A program made the position numbers and the translations under genes. A stretch of 38,028 nucleotides of DNA from a virus, in IMG/VR virus record IMGVR_UViG_3300012668_000254, positions 1 to 38,028 of that record; one strand, 5' to 3'. Under the pieces are notes generated by a model, which worked only from the letters and a program-made list of their open reading frames with translations, did no database searches and was not told the DNA's origin. Positions 15,950 through 24,566 of this stretch are shown here, piece by piece (within the stretch, counting starts at the first letter, position 1; each line of letters begins with the position of its first letter).

Positions 15950-16651
15950 ATGGGCTTTCAACCCGGCGCAATGATGTATGTACAATCTTTTGGATCACGT
16001 CCTGAAAATGTTGAAGTTCCTCATATTGATGTTAGGATACCTTCTACAATGGATTGGAATTATCCAATTGGTAAAGAATGGATTTACACTGGAAATAGTA
16101 TTTGGAAACTTTTATCTATTTCGAGCTCACTTGGAGTTAATACAGCAAATTGGGTTCAAATTGCTTCTTCAACAGGCGCAATAGTATCAGTTTTAGGAAC
16201 TGCTAATCAAATTACTGCTACAACAGCTGCCGATGTAGCAACATTATCTATTCCCGCTACATTTATTGCTCCTGGATCTATAGCAGCAACTACAACTCTT
16301 ACAGCAACACTTGGAAATATTATAGCTACTAATGGAAATCTTGTTTTAGGAACAGCTGGAAATAAAATTGTTTCTACTTCTGTTGGTACTACAACTACTG
16401 CTGGAGCTAATAGTTTTGGATCCGTAACATTAGTCGGCGGCACTGCAACAATATCTACATCAGCTGTAACAGCAAATTCATTAATCTTTTTATCAAGAAC
16501 AGCAGTAAATGCATCAACAGCATTAGGTATTCTAAATGTAGGAACTATTGTAGGTGGAGTTTCTTTTGTTATCAATGCTGCAACTCAAGGAACTCCAGGA
16601 ACTCCTTTAGCTGCGGATATTTCCACAATTGCTTATATGATTGTAAACTAA
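15950..16651 (+). CDS. Fibre-like or tail-associated structural protein (Thr/Ala/Gly/Ser-rich)
   Basis: GGAGG RBS. Low-complexity beta-rich composition (TATLGNIIATNGNLVLGTAGNKIVSTSVGTTTTAGANS), typical of fibres. Confidence 0.6.
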   Translation: MGFQPGAMMYVQSFGSRPENVEVPHIDVRIPSTMDWNYPIGKEWIYTGNSIWKLLSISSSLGVNTANWVQIASSTGAIVSVLGTANQITATTAADVATLSIPATFIAPGSIAATTTLTATLGNIIATNGNLVLGTAGNKIVSTSVGTTTTAGANSFGSVTLVGGTATISTSAVTANSLIFLSRTAVNASTALGILNVGTIVGGVSFVINAATQGTPGTPLAADISTIAYMIVN

Positions 16652-16667
16652 AAATAGGAAAAAATTA

Positions 16668-16916
16668 ATGTTATCAAATTTAGTACAATTAACTCATCAA
16701 ATTGAAAATAAAACATGTCATTTCACATGTGAAAATGACACTCCTTTACATTTAATAAAAGAAGCATTATTTCAGTTTCAAAAATTTATTGGAACTGTTG
16801 AAGATACTGCAAAGGCTCAACGTACTGATAAACCTGTTGATCCTAATTTAACAGCGGTAGAAACGCCTGTTTCAGAAGCTGAACCTGTTGCATTACAAGG
16901 AAACGAAAACGTTTAA
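16668..16916 (+). CDS. Hypothetical protein
   Basis: ORF packed in series within the fibre block. Confidence 0.5.
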   Translation: MLSNLVQLTHQIENKTCHFTCENDTPLHLIKEALFQFQKFIGTVEDTAKAQRTDKPVDPNLTAVETPVSEAEPVALQGNENV

Positions 16917-16924
16917 GGAGCCAA

Positions 16925-17260
16925 ATGTCGATTAATAATAGCCAAAGAGCCATTTTCCCTGACGAATTATTGGTAGCCATGACAGGATCTGTCGTTATGA
17001 TAGGAACTCTTTTATTTAATCCTGTATTGATTATTTTTGATAATCAGGGTACTGTCGCTGTGGCTATTTCTGTAAATGATTCAACAGGTACACATATTTG
17101 GAAAACATTTTCACCAGGTGAAGCTTTAGTCTTAGATTTAAGAGATAAAGCTCATCTAGCCGCCAATTTTACAATAGATTTAGGTACTACATTTTATGGG
17201 AATGGTGCTTCTGGTAATTTTTCCATATCTTATTTAGCAGCTAAGGAGTCAACTGCATGA
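16925..17260 (+). CDS. Hypothetical structural-module protein
   Basis: AGGAG RBS. Overlaps the next gene (ATGA). Confidence 0.55.
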   Translation: MSINNSQRAIFPDELLVAMTGSVVMIGTLLFNPVLIIFDNQGTVAVAISVNDSTGTHIWKTFSPGEALVLDLRDKAHLAANFTIDLGTTFYGNGASGNFSISYLAAKESTA

Positions 17261-17745
17261 GCCAAATTTATAAGAGTGCCGCAGGTTCATCTCCAGCAAT
17301 TCCAACAAGTTTTGTCACTGATAACGGAACAGCTGTCCCAGCAGCTAATATTTTAAATGTGGTAGGAAATTCAAGCACTGTTCAAACATCAGGTGCAGGA
17401 AATACTATAACAATTAAAGTTATAAATGATGGCTTTGCATGGTCAGAAAAAGCAACAAATTTTACAGCAATTGTTCAAAATGGTTATTTTTGCAACGCTT
17501 CTTTAACCACTACTTTGCCTCCATCAGGAGGTTTAGTATTAGGTAATTCAATAATTATTTATAATGATTTTGGAGCTTCTGTAGTAATACAATGTGGTGT
17601 TGGAGAATCAATTCAATTTGGTAATAATACTCCTGTTGCAGGTGGAACTTTGACAAGTAATGTTAAAGGGGATTCAATTGAATTTGTATTTAAACCATCT
17701 GATTTAACATGGCATTCAATTGCTTCTAATGGTTCTTGGATTTAA
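17257..17745 (+). CDS. Fibre-like protein
   Basis: N-terminus IPTSFVTDNGTAVPAANILNVVGNSSTVQTSGAGNTITIKV resembles fibre N-terminal repeats. Translationally coupled to the upstream gene. Confidence 0.55.
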   Translation: MSQIYKSAAGSSPAIPTSFVTDNGTAVPAANILNVVGNSSTVQTSGAGNTITIKVINDGFAWSEKATNFTAIVQNGYFCNASLTTTLPPSGGLVLGNSIIIYNDFGASVVIQCGVGESIQFGNNTPVAGGTLTSNVKGDSIEFVFKPSDLTWHSIASNGSWI

Positions 17746-17761
17746 AAAATAGGTTTACAAT

Positions 17762-18952
17762 ATGGCTTCAAGTAATTCTTTAAACATTTCTCAAAAAGGT
17801 GTTGTATATTTTAATGGAGTGACAACATTTTCAGGACTTGATGGAAGCACATCAGGAAAAGTTCTTACTTCTAATGGAACAGGAATAGCACCAAGTTTTC
17901 AAACTATAACTACTGGAATTACACTTACAGGTGATTCAGGAACAGCTACAGGATCATCTTTAACATTATTTACAAATGCTTCTACAATTAATGCTGGATC
18001 AACAATAAAATTTGTTAATAGTGGAACTACATCTACTTTAAATACTACAGATGGCGTAGCAAACACTCTTATAGGTCATAATTGTGGTAATGCTACTCTT
18101 ACAGGAATTGCAAATACAGGATTAGGACAAGCCACATTAATTAGTTTGACAAGTGGTATTCAAAATACAGCAATCGGTAACGGTGCGCTTTTATCTGTAA
18201 GTAGTGGCGTTGCAAATACTGCTATTGGATATTTAGCAGGTCAATTAATAACTACAAGTTCTGAAAATTGTATATTCGGCTGGGGAGCAATGACAAATGC
18301 TTTTGGAGTCAATAGATGCGAAGCAATGGGTACATCAGCATTAAATTTTTGTACTGGAAATGACAATGCAGCATTTGGTTATCATGCTGGTACAACTATA
18401 TCAAGTGGTACTCAAAATACTGCATTAGGAAATTATGCTATTAATGTTTTGTCAACTGGAACAAATAATGTTGCGATAGGATATGGAGCGGGTTCAAATT
18501 ATACATCTTCTGAATCAAATAATATTGTAATTTCATCTGCTATTTCAGGTGTAATTGGGGAATCGAATGTAGTTAGAATAGGTACTAATCAAACTACATG
18601 TTTTATTCAAGGTATTAATGGGGCTACAGTCACAGGAACATCTGTCTTATGCTCTACAGCAGGACAACTTGGAACCGTAGTATCATCTGAGCGATACAAA
18701 GAAAATATTGTTGATATGCCTGACAACGTATCTATCATGAATTTAAGACCTGTAAGATTTAACTACAAAGAAGATATTTTTAAAACAATTTCTTACGGTC
18801 TCATAGCCGAAGAAGTAGAAAAAGACTTTCCTTATCTTTGTTTTTATAAAGACGGTCAACCGGAATCTGTAAAATACCATGAACTTTGCGTTTTCTTGTT
18901 AGCAGAAGTTCAACGATTAGAGAAACGGGTGAATGTCTTAGAAACAAAATAA
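17762..18952 (+). CDS. Tail fibre or spike with a C-terminal intramolecular chaperone (peptidase S74) domain
   Basis: The C-terminus SSERYKENIVDM...RPVRFNYK...YGLIAEEVEKDFPYL...YHELCVFLLAEVQRLEKRV matches the S74 auto-cleaving chaperone pattern (S-[DE]-R-x-K-E-N, GLIAxEVE). It is preceded by NTAIG / NVAIG beta-helix-like repeats. Confidence 0.85.
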   Translation: MASSNSLNISQKGVVYFNGVTTFSGLDGSTSGKVLTSNGTGIAPSFQTITTGITLTGDSGTATGSSLTLFTNASTINAGSTIKFVNSGTTSTLNTTDGVANTLIGHNCGNATLTGIANTGLGQATLISLTSGIQNTAIGNGALLSVSSGVANTAIGYLAGQLITTSSENCIFGWGAMTNAFGVNRCEAMGTSALNFCTGNDNAAFGYHAGTTISSGTQNTALGNYAINVLSTGTNNVAIGYGAGSNYTSSESNNIVISSAISGVIGESNVVRIGTNQTTCFIQGINGATVTGTSVLCSTAGQLGTVVSSERYKENIVDMPDNVSIMNLRPVRFNYKEDIFKTISYGLIAEEVEKDFPYLCFYKDGQPESVKYHELCVFLLAEVQRLEKRVNVLETK

Positions 18953-18955
18953 AGT

Positions 18956-19279
18956 TTATCTATACTTCGAGGGACAATCTTTATTCTGACAGGCTTTACC
19001 AATAGGCCAGAATTGGTAACAATAAGGACACTTCCAAGTCTTTTCATAGTTTGATCGACAATCTTTTCTATGTATTAAGTCTTCTGTAAGAGAATAAAAT
19101 CCCGTTTCATCTCTATGAATACAATTCGTTTCTATCCATTCATTTCCACCCATATGTACTCTAAAAGCACAGTCTGAGCTATCTAAATTGATTGGATCAA
19201 TATACATTTTACTTGATGCACACAAAACGAATGATGCAATCAAAAAAGGGAAGATTAATAATTTAAAATATTTATTCAT
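18956..19279 (-). CDS. Secreted Cys-rich small protein with a C-terminal zinc-ribbon-like CPYC...CxxxxC
   Basis: N-terminal signal peptide MNKYFKLLIFPFLIASFVLCASS and 8 Cys in the mature part. Confidence 0.55.
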   Translation of the reverse strand: MNKYFKLLIFPFLIASFVLCASSKMYIDPINLDSSDCAFRVHMGGNEWIETNCIHRDETGFYSLTEDLIHRKDCRSNYEKTWKCPYCYQFWPIGKACQNKDCPSKYR

Positions 19280-19908
19280 AATTCAATTCTCATGGGTTTG
19301 TTAACGGGTTCATACCTTTCATTCATAATACTGCAATTTACACAAATTGTAGTCGTTAAATCAATCATTTTGCCGCCATTTTCGTGAATATGCGAGAAGA
19401 TCACTAATTTTGGTTTTATTCGAAATATAGCATCTCTTAAAGAAGTAGATCCTACATGAAGCATAGAACCATCTTGTTTCTCGATTTCATCAAGAATACC
19501 AAATGGAGGACTATGCGAAATTAAGATATCAATATCCTCAGGAATAAGATCAGATTTTTCTTTCATATATTTTTCATTCCCACAAAATGCTGTACACTTT
19601 GGATTTATCTCGCTGAAAGATAAACTATAGGGAATTCCAAAAAACTTAAAACCTTTATATTCAATCCCTTCATTTTCTAAATAATGACCATTTTTAATTT
19701 TATAAGTTTTATTTTCAAGAAGATTGTCATGATTACCACCAATTACAATTTTAAGATCAGCTTTTTGTTTTTTCAACCACTCGTCAAACATCTCATATTC
19801 TTTATAAGAATCACGAGCAGTGAGATTTCCTGTTATTATCAAAATATCACAAACATCTATAATAGGTTTATATCCATGCAAACATCCAACAGAAATAATT
19901 TTTTTCAT
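19276..19908 (-). CDS. Calcineurin-like metallophosphoesterase with variant metal-binding motifs
   Basis: GGNHDN, LISHSPP and FSHIHENGG are present. The first two canonical motifs read GCLHG (not DxHG) and ITGNL (not GD). Confidence 0.7.
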   Translation of the reverse strand: MKKIISVGCLHGYKPIIDVCDILIITGNLTARDSYKEYEMFDEWLKKQKADLKIVIGGNHDNLLENKTYKIKNGHYLENEGIEYKGFKFFGIPYSLSFSEINPKCTAFCGNEKYMKEKSDLIPEDIDILISHSPPFGILDEIEKQDGSMLHVGSTSLRDAIFRIKPKLVIFSHIHENGGKMIDLTTTICVNCSIMNERYEPVNKPMRIEL

Positions 19909-20504
19909 AAATGAGAATATGACCTATAATTTATATAATTTGAGATTGCTTGCTTAGTAACACCATATTTTTTTCCTAATTCAGTTATAGAATTTTCTGG
20001 GTATGATTTTCTTATTTCAATAATTTGTTGATCTGATAATTTAGAGTTATAATTTTTTGATCCAAAAAGAGATCTTCCACGTTTAACCATATCTTCTGAA
20101 TTTTGTTTTGTAGTTCCTGTTTCTAAATGTGCAATATTACAACAATTTCTTATATCACATTTATGACGAATCACTAATCCATCGTAATTTGCAGGAAAGT
20201 AGTGAGAATATATCAATCGACTTATTAGATAATTTTTATCACAAATATAAAAAGTTCCATAACCATAATTATTTTTTGAATTTATCCATATTTTGCAACC
20301 ATTTTCATTTTCAGATAAATTTTCCACAATTTCTATCAAATCTTCAATCGAATTTCGGTATTTTCTTGTTGCATGTGGAGTACCAAGTCTTTTAAAATTT
20401 TGATAGTGCTTACTACAATAACCTAAACCTTTTGATGGTTCTTCGCATATTTTACATTTTTTTCTTTCAAATCTATTTTTAAATGAATATTTACGATTCG
20501 TCAT
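19905..20504 (-). CDS. HNH homing endonuclease (HNH_3 type with C-terminal HTH)
   Basis: NGCKIWINS...YGYGTF...RHKCDIRNCCNIAHLETGTTKQNSEDM, plus ITELGKKYGVTKQAISNYI. Overlaps both neighbouring genes. Confidence 0.9.
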   Translation of the reverse strand: MTNRKYSFKNRFERKKCKICEEPSKGLGYCSKHYQNFKRLGTPHATRKYRNSIEDLIEIVENLSENENGCKIWINSKNNYGYGTFYICDKNYLISRLIYSHYFPANYDGLVIRHKCDIRNCCNIAHLETGTTKQNSEDMVKRGRSLFGSKNYNSKLSDQQIIEIRKSYPENSITELGKKYGVTKQAISNYINYRSYSHL

Positions 20505-20673
20505 TTATATCCTTATAGATATCATCTTCAATATCGGTTATTGCACATCCTTCACAGATCATACTTACTTTAATCCCATTAATAAATTCATGTGATTTAT
20601 GGCTTGTCCATATCCAACTTGTATTTTGATATTCGTCTAATTCAATTAATAAAGTTAATCTTCTTTTCTTCAT
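20491..20673 (-). CDS. Hypothetical small protein
   Basis: ORF translationally coupled on both sides. Confidence 0.5.
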   Translation of the reverse strand: MKKRRLTLLIELDEYQNTSWIWTSHKSHEFINGIKVSMICEGCAITDIEDDIYKDINDES

Positions 20674-20855
20674 TTATTTTTATAATCCGTTTCATAAAAC
20701 CCTGATCCTTTAAAGTGTAAACCTATCCCACCATTAATCATCTTTCGCATGGGTTCAGAGCATGTCAAACAACATATTTCTGGATTTGCAGTCATCTTAT
20801 GCTCTACTTCCATTATGAAGCTGCAAGGATCACATTTATAGTCATATTTAGGCAT
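20670..20855 (-). CDS. FmdB-family zinc-ribbon protein
   Basis: MPKYDYKCDPCSF...EICCLTCSEPMRKM...GSGFY matches the CxxC-N-CxxC FmdB/CxxC_CxxC_SSSS pattern. Confidence 0.85.
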   Translation of the reverse strand: MPKYDYKCDPCSFIMEVEHKMTANPEICCLTCSEPMRKMINGGIGLHFKGSGFYETDYKNK

Positions 20856-20982
20856 TATTCCTCTTTCTTATCAAAATTTCATCTAACCATTTCATGGCAT
20901 CAATCGAATCTTTAATAATTTTGATATCGTATCTTAAGCAAGGATTTTCTTTTATCTTTTTTTGATTGATTACTCTTGTCAT
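20848..20982 (-). CDS. 44-aa hypothetical protein; first ORF of the leftward operon
   Basis: Hand-translated: MTRVINQKKIKENPCLRYDIKIIKDSIDAMKWLDEILIRKRNNA. Its stop overlaps the FmdB start. No clear RBS. Confidence 0.3.
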   Translation of the reverse strand: MTRVINQKKIKENPCLRYDIKIIKDSIDAMKWLDEILIRKRNNA

Positions 20983-21059
20983 AATGTTTTATTTAAAATA
21001 TATTTAGGTTAAATTTAGATGAATAATAGCTCACAATATATTTAAAAGCAAGGTAAAAT

Positions 21060-21212
21060 ATGCCATTAATCAAATCAAAAAGCAAAAAAGATATTGGAAA
21101 AAACATTAAAGAGGAAGAGAAAACTCATCCTCACAAACAAGCAATCGCCATTGCTCTAGATGTAGCTAGAAAGGCAGGAGCTAAAATACCAAAGAAAAAA
21201 AAGAAAAAATAA
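21060..21212 (+). CDS. 50-aa basic protein (MPLIKSKSKKDIGKNIKEEEKTHPHKQAIAIALDVARKAGAKIPKKKKKK)
   Basis: AAGG RBS. Its stop overlaps the next ATG (TAATG). The PxKQA(I/V)AIAL..AR..G pattern recalls a widespread small conserved bacterial/phage protein family, but that is from memory only. Confidence 0.55.
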   Translation: MPLIKSKSKKDIGKNIKEEEKTHPHKQAIAIALDVARKAGAKIPKKKKKK

Positions 21213-21523
21213 TGCGACAAAAAAAAGACATACAATGGGAACTGAATGAATTCTTACAAGAATGGGATTTCGAAGAGATGAGAGACTTTTTTAAACTCGT
21301 AGAACCTCTACTTGAGCTTTATGATGTATCAGAAAAAGAGGATTGGGTTGAAAATGAAGTGGGTGAAGAAGATTGTAGAAATATCAGGCTTATTCGGACT
21401 GTATATCTCGTTTCTAGAATTTGTGAAAGATTTGCAGGACGATTTGTTGGAATAAATGTTAAATTCAAACATTTATGGAGACGATTGGAAAATCAAAAGG
21501 CTATAGAAATAGAACAGGAATAG
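21212..21523 (+). CDS. Acidic hypothetical protein
   Basis: ORF coupled to the upstream gene. The N-terminal half is Glu/Asp/Trp-rich. Confidence 0.55.
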   Translation: MRQKKDIQWELNEFLQEWDFEEMRDFFKLVEPLLELYDVSEKEDWVENEVGEEDCRNIRLIRTVYLVSRICERFAGRFVGINVKFKHLWRRLENQKAIEIEQE

Positions 21524-21528
21524 ACTAT

Positions 21529-21780
21529 ATGATTCATGAGCTTAAATCCCCGATTCCTATGGAATGTGAAAAAGGTAAGGGATATGCACATTTTATGATA
21601 GATCGTGGAATGGAGCATGAATTTGAATGGGTTTTATTCCTCGAAAATAATGAGATATGGTCTATCTTAAATAGTAAAGTTCGCTTGGAATCAAACTATA
21701 CATATGGTAGAAGTAAATCAGAAATAAGATCAGCAATTTTTAAAGAAATAAAGAGAGAACAAAATGAAAAAAGAACATAA
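21529..21780 (+). CDS. Hypothetical protein
   Basis: Start taken at MIHELKSPIP, just after the upstream stop. The track start at 21475 overlaps the previous gene. Confidence 0.5.
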   Translation: MIHELKSPIPMECEKGKGYAHFMIDRGMEHEFEWVLFLENNEIWSILNSKVRLESNYTYGRSKSEIRSAIFKEIKREQNEKRT

Positions 21781-21871
21781 GAAAGAAGAAAAAAAAGAAA
21801 TGAAAGCTTTTATGAAAGCAGACGAAAAACAAGATAAGAAGCTAATGAAAAAAGTTATGAAAAAGAAATAA

Positions 21872-21985
21872 CTAATCCCCAAAGTCTATACTTGGCCAGT
21901 CAAGTATAGGTTTTGGACTTTCAGTCGGTTTGGGTTCTATTGGAACTGTAGGTATAGGATAATTAATTGGTGGAATTGGATTCAT
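21872..21985 (-). CDS. 37-aa proline-rich peptide (MNPIPPINYPIPTVPIEPKPTESPKPILDWPSIDFGD), speculative
   Basis: AAGGA RBS. Last ORF of the leftward recombination operon. Confidence 0.35.
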   Translation of the reverse strand: MNPIPPINYPIPTVPIEPKPTESPKPILDWPSIDFGD

Positions 21986-22018
21986 TTTTTCCTTATAAAT
22001 TATTAAATAACGATAAAA

Positions 22019-22879
22019 TCATTCATTTTCACTTATTCTATAATAAGTACAGGGTTTTTTCCTATAATCATCAAGATTAACAGTTTTTAAACATTCAATT
22101 CCAGAATAATCTACAGTTCCTCTACGGTTACATTTAGTGATTTTGAAATTACCAGCTTTTGTTGATTTTTCTTCACAATTAGCAATAATCCATTTTTGCA
22201 AACTTTCTTCTTGTTCTTCTAATTCTTTAATCTGCCTTCTAGTATTAATTAATACCTGTAAATTAGATACAAACTCAGCATCTTGTTTTATGACATAATC
22301 CCTATCAGTTGAAGCAGGAGGCGTAAATTCCATTAGACAACGATAGAATTCTTTTTCAGCTTCGATCATTCTTTCAATAAAAGTATCATCTCTCTTTACA
22401 GTCCAAATAATGTTGTCTTCATCTGATCTATATGAAAAATAAGCCACATAATTTGTATCTGAAACAAACATTTGATGTTGAAGTTGAGCTAAGTAATAAG
22501 GAGAAATTTCATGGTTTTTAGCCAATTCATGTGATGCTTTACCGCATTTTATCTCCAAAATAGAGCCATCAAAATCTATTCCATCTAAAGATGCCATAGC
22601 AAAAGGGTGTATAGTACTTTCTAAAACAGCTGGCTTGAAATTCAAGTGCATTTTTTTATTTAAGAAGTTTCTTGCTTTTTCTTCTAAGAGAGATCCTTCT
22701 CTCATTTTATCATTTAGGGCTTGGGGTTCACGAAGACCTAACTTTTCTTCCCATAATTGCAATGCTGTACAAAAGGGGGAAAGATTCATTATTTTTGCTG
22801 CATCAGTAGCTGTTATCTTTGTTTTCCTATATTGTAACCAGAGATCACTTCCTTGCAATAAATCGATTACTCTATGCAT
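22019..22879 (-). CDS. YqaJ/lambda-Exo-type recombination exonuclease (PD-(D/E)xK)
   Basis: GSDLWLQYRKTKITATDAAKIMNLSPF...LWEEK (YqaJ N-terminal signature) and SLDGID...ILEIKC (D...ExK). Several ATGs (22900-22879) overlap the recT stop; the one best spaced from GGGGTGG is used. Confidence 0.85.
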   Translation of the reverse strand: MHRVIDLLQGSDLWLQYRKTKITATDAAKIMNLSPFCTALQLWEEKLGLREPQALNDKMREGSLLEEKARNFLNKKMHLNFKPAVLESTIHPFAMASLDGIDFDGSILEIKCGKASHELAKNHEISPYYLAQLQHQMFVSDTNYVAYFSYRSDEDNIIWTVKRDDTFIERMIEAEKEFYRCLMEFTPPASTDRDYVIKQDAEFVSNLQVLINTRRQIKELEEQEESLQKWIIANCEEKSTKAGNFKITKCNRRGTVDYSGIECLKTVNLDDYRKKPCTYYRISENE

Positions 22880-23696
22880 CATCATCCACCCCAGTTTCAC
22901 TTATATTTTCCATTTCCTTTTCAACAAGTTCTTTTTGATAAGATTTATATCTCGCCAACAAAATATCCTTATGTTTTTGAAATTCCGTTTCAGGCAAGTC
23001 GTCAATCATACTAGCTTTGAATTTATCTTTTAAGTAAGTTTTGAAGTTTATCTGCACTTCTTGAGAGCAACCATTAAGTAATTGGGTTAATTCTATGGCT
23101 TGCTGTGTAGAAATTGTAGTTAAATTTTCTACTATGTAAAGCGGTTTTACATTGGATTTATCAGCTTTATCCGCTTGGTCCATCTCTTCTTCTCCATATA
23201 ATCCGCTCATTTCTGCTGGAAAGCTTTTACGTAAAGCCAAGCATTCAGCACATTTTGATAACATAGCTTTTGGCATTTTTTTCCATAACGGAGAACCTGC
23301 ATTATATTCACTATAACAAGCATTTGCTGAAACCTGATGCCAAGTACCGTCTTTAGTCTGTTTCATCACGTAAGCGGTCGCAGACTCTAAATTTCCATGC
23401 TTATCATAAGTAAACGTCGGTTCTTTACCTGGTGCATAACGACCACTTCTATCAGCAATTAAACGAAACCCGTCAACTGACGTTTGGATTGTTCTTTGAC
23501 CTCCACGAGGAACAGAGTAAATCTGTTTAGCAAAAGGATCTAATCCCGTTCTTTGACAAGCGTAAATGAAGAATTGAAGTTCTTCATTGCTTGCACCTTT
23601 ACAAATGCTATTTTTGATAAGCTCAACTTGTTTCTCATCGAAATGATGGGATTGAACTTGTGGTTGAAATCTCTCTATTTTTGCTAATGCTGTCAT
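22872..23696 (-). CDS. recT: RecT-family single-strand annealing protein; contains hairpin repeat copy 2 in its C-terminal tail
   Basis: QIYSVPRGGQRTIQTSVDGFRLIADRSGRYAPG...ATAYVMKQTKDGTW...MLSKCAECLALRKSFPAE, typical RecT core. Confidence 0.85.
   Translation of the reverse strand: MTALAKIERFQPQVQSHHFDEKQVELIKNSICKGASNEELQFFIYACQRTGLDPFAKQIYSVPRGGQRTIQTSVDGFRLIADRSGRYAPGKEPTFTYDKHGNLESATAYVMKQTKDGTWHQVSANACYSEYNAGSPLWKKMPKAMLSKCAECLALRKSFPAEMSGLYGEEEMDQADKADKSNVKPLYIVENLTTISTQQAIELTQLLNGCSQEVQINFKTYLKDKFKASMIDDLPETEFQKHKDILLARYKSYQKELVEKEMENISETGVDDDA
23134..23152 (-). repeat. Hairpin repeat copy 2 (sense on the minus strand)
   Basis: The reverse complement equals ATGTAAAACCGCTTTACAT. Lies inside recT and encodes VKPLYI. 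Confidence 0.9.
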
Positions 23697-23720
23697 ATAT
23701 ATCCTTGTTTTTTTTAATTT

Positions 23721-24038
23721 TTAATCGTAATCCGGTTCTCTTCTTTCTGTCTCTTCAAACTCTTCAGTAAATTCTTTAAGATTATCAAGAAGAGCAAATG
23801 CATGAACGAGTTTTAATCCATGTTTGTCGAATAAAGCCTCAGCTTTTCTGCAACCTTGAATGTAAGCTTCTGCAATGATTTCATGATAATGCTCGATGTA
23901 TTTACCGGCTTCGATTGCATAAAGGCACATTTCTTTATAGGAGCCGTTTTCATAATCAAATCTTTCAGCTTCATAATCGATGTGTGCATGCATTTGATAT
24001 TCCTGAAACATTTGTGTTGGTGTTAAAAAAGCTACCAT
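23721..24038 (-). CDS. Acidic hypothetical protein; first gene of the leftward early operon
   Basis: AAGGA RBS. Glu/Asp-rich C-terminus. Confidence 0.55.
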   Translation of the reverse strand: MVAFLTPTQMFQEYQMHAHIDYEAERFDYENGSYKEMCLYAIEAGKYIEHYHEIIAEAYIQGCRKAEALFDKHGLKLVHAFALLDNLKEFTEEFEETERREPDYD

Positions 24039-24087
24039 TTTATTTTCCTTGACTTTCTATTGTTTTTGTCTTATCGTCTAAGCATAA

Positions 24088-24117
24088 AATATAACATGCG
24101 TTGTCATTTATTTGCAA
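24088..24117 (-). promoter_or_regulatory. Leftward early promoter candidate (TTGCAA - 18 nt - TATATT with TG extension)
   Basis: The minus strand reads TTGCAAataaatgacaacgcaTGtTATATT, about 45 nt upstream of the 24038 start and in the divergent region facing the cro-like gene. Confidence 0.45.
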
Positions 24118-24159
24118 CAAAAGTTTTCATAATTTTGATTAAAGTAAAAAGTATATACA

Positions 24160-24378
24160 ATGAAATTAAAGCAATATTTAGACGAAAATGGAATTAGACC
24201 AAGTTTTTTTGCGGCTAAACTGGAAGCTACCAAATCACAGATGAGCCTTTGGTGTTCGGGAAAAATTATACCCCGAAGAGAAAAGTTGAGAAAGATAGAA
24301 AAATTGACTGGTGGTAAAGTCAAAATAGCCGACTGGTTTACTGAGCCAGATAGTTCACAAACAGAAGTAGCCCTATAA
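24160..24378 (+). CDS. Cro/YdaS-like HTH DNA-binding protein
   Basis: 72 aa. FFAAKLEATKSQMSLWCSGKIIPRREKLRKIEKLTGGKV resembles the YdaS/Cro HTH pattern. First gene of the rightward early operon. Confidence 0.7.
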   Translation: MKLKQYLDENGIRPSFFAAKLEATKSQMSLWCSGKIIPRREKLRKIEKLTGGKVKIADWFTEPDSSQTEVAL

Positions 24379-24448
24379 CGAAACAGCTTATGAATAGCAA
24401 GCATCTGATTGCTTTATCGTAGAAAATCTCTGTAAAAACTTCTTTCAT
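24338..24448 (-). CDS. 36-aa hydrophobic peptide antisense to the cro-like 3' end, speculative
   Basis: GGGAG sits 5 nt upstream of the ATG. Hand-translated: MKEVFTEIFYDKAIRCLLFISCFVIGLLLFVNYLAQ. Overlaps 24338-24378 of the convergent gene. Confidence 0.3.
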   Translation of the reverse strand: MKEVFTEIFYDKAIRCLLFISCFVIGLLLFVNYLAQ

Positions 24449-24566
24449 ATAGTCTCCCTTTTAAAGAATGTTTTTGACAGAGTTCCGAGATAAAGGCAAT
24501 ATTTTTCTGAATTTTGATTTAAAAGAATCGGATTTAGGAATAGGATAAGGAATTATAAAAAAAGAA

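Noticed and set aside
16207-16575. 122-aa minus-strand ORF inside the 15950-16651 fibre gene, and similar antisense ORFs (441-683, 1812-2087, 2888-3216, 5137-5358, 6520-6834, 13057-13302, 19684-19914, 20129-20395, 22635-23033, 24108-24404, 25194-25802, 29687-29872, 30139-30342, 37214-37402)
   Set aside because: All are embedded in, or antisense to, longer ORFs with clear motifs or RBSs. They lack RBSs and have low-complexity or Phe/Leu/Ile-rich translations typical of AT-rich shadow frames.
15950-18952. Diversity-generating retroelement or variable repeats in the fibre genes (low-complexity T/A/G/S-rich sequences)
   Set aside because: No reverse transcriptase gene is present anywhere in the genome, and I could not see a template/variable nucleotide repeat pair. 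The similarity is compositional.
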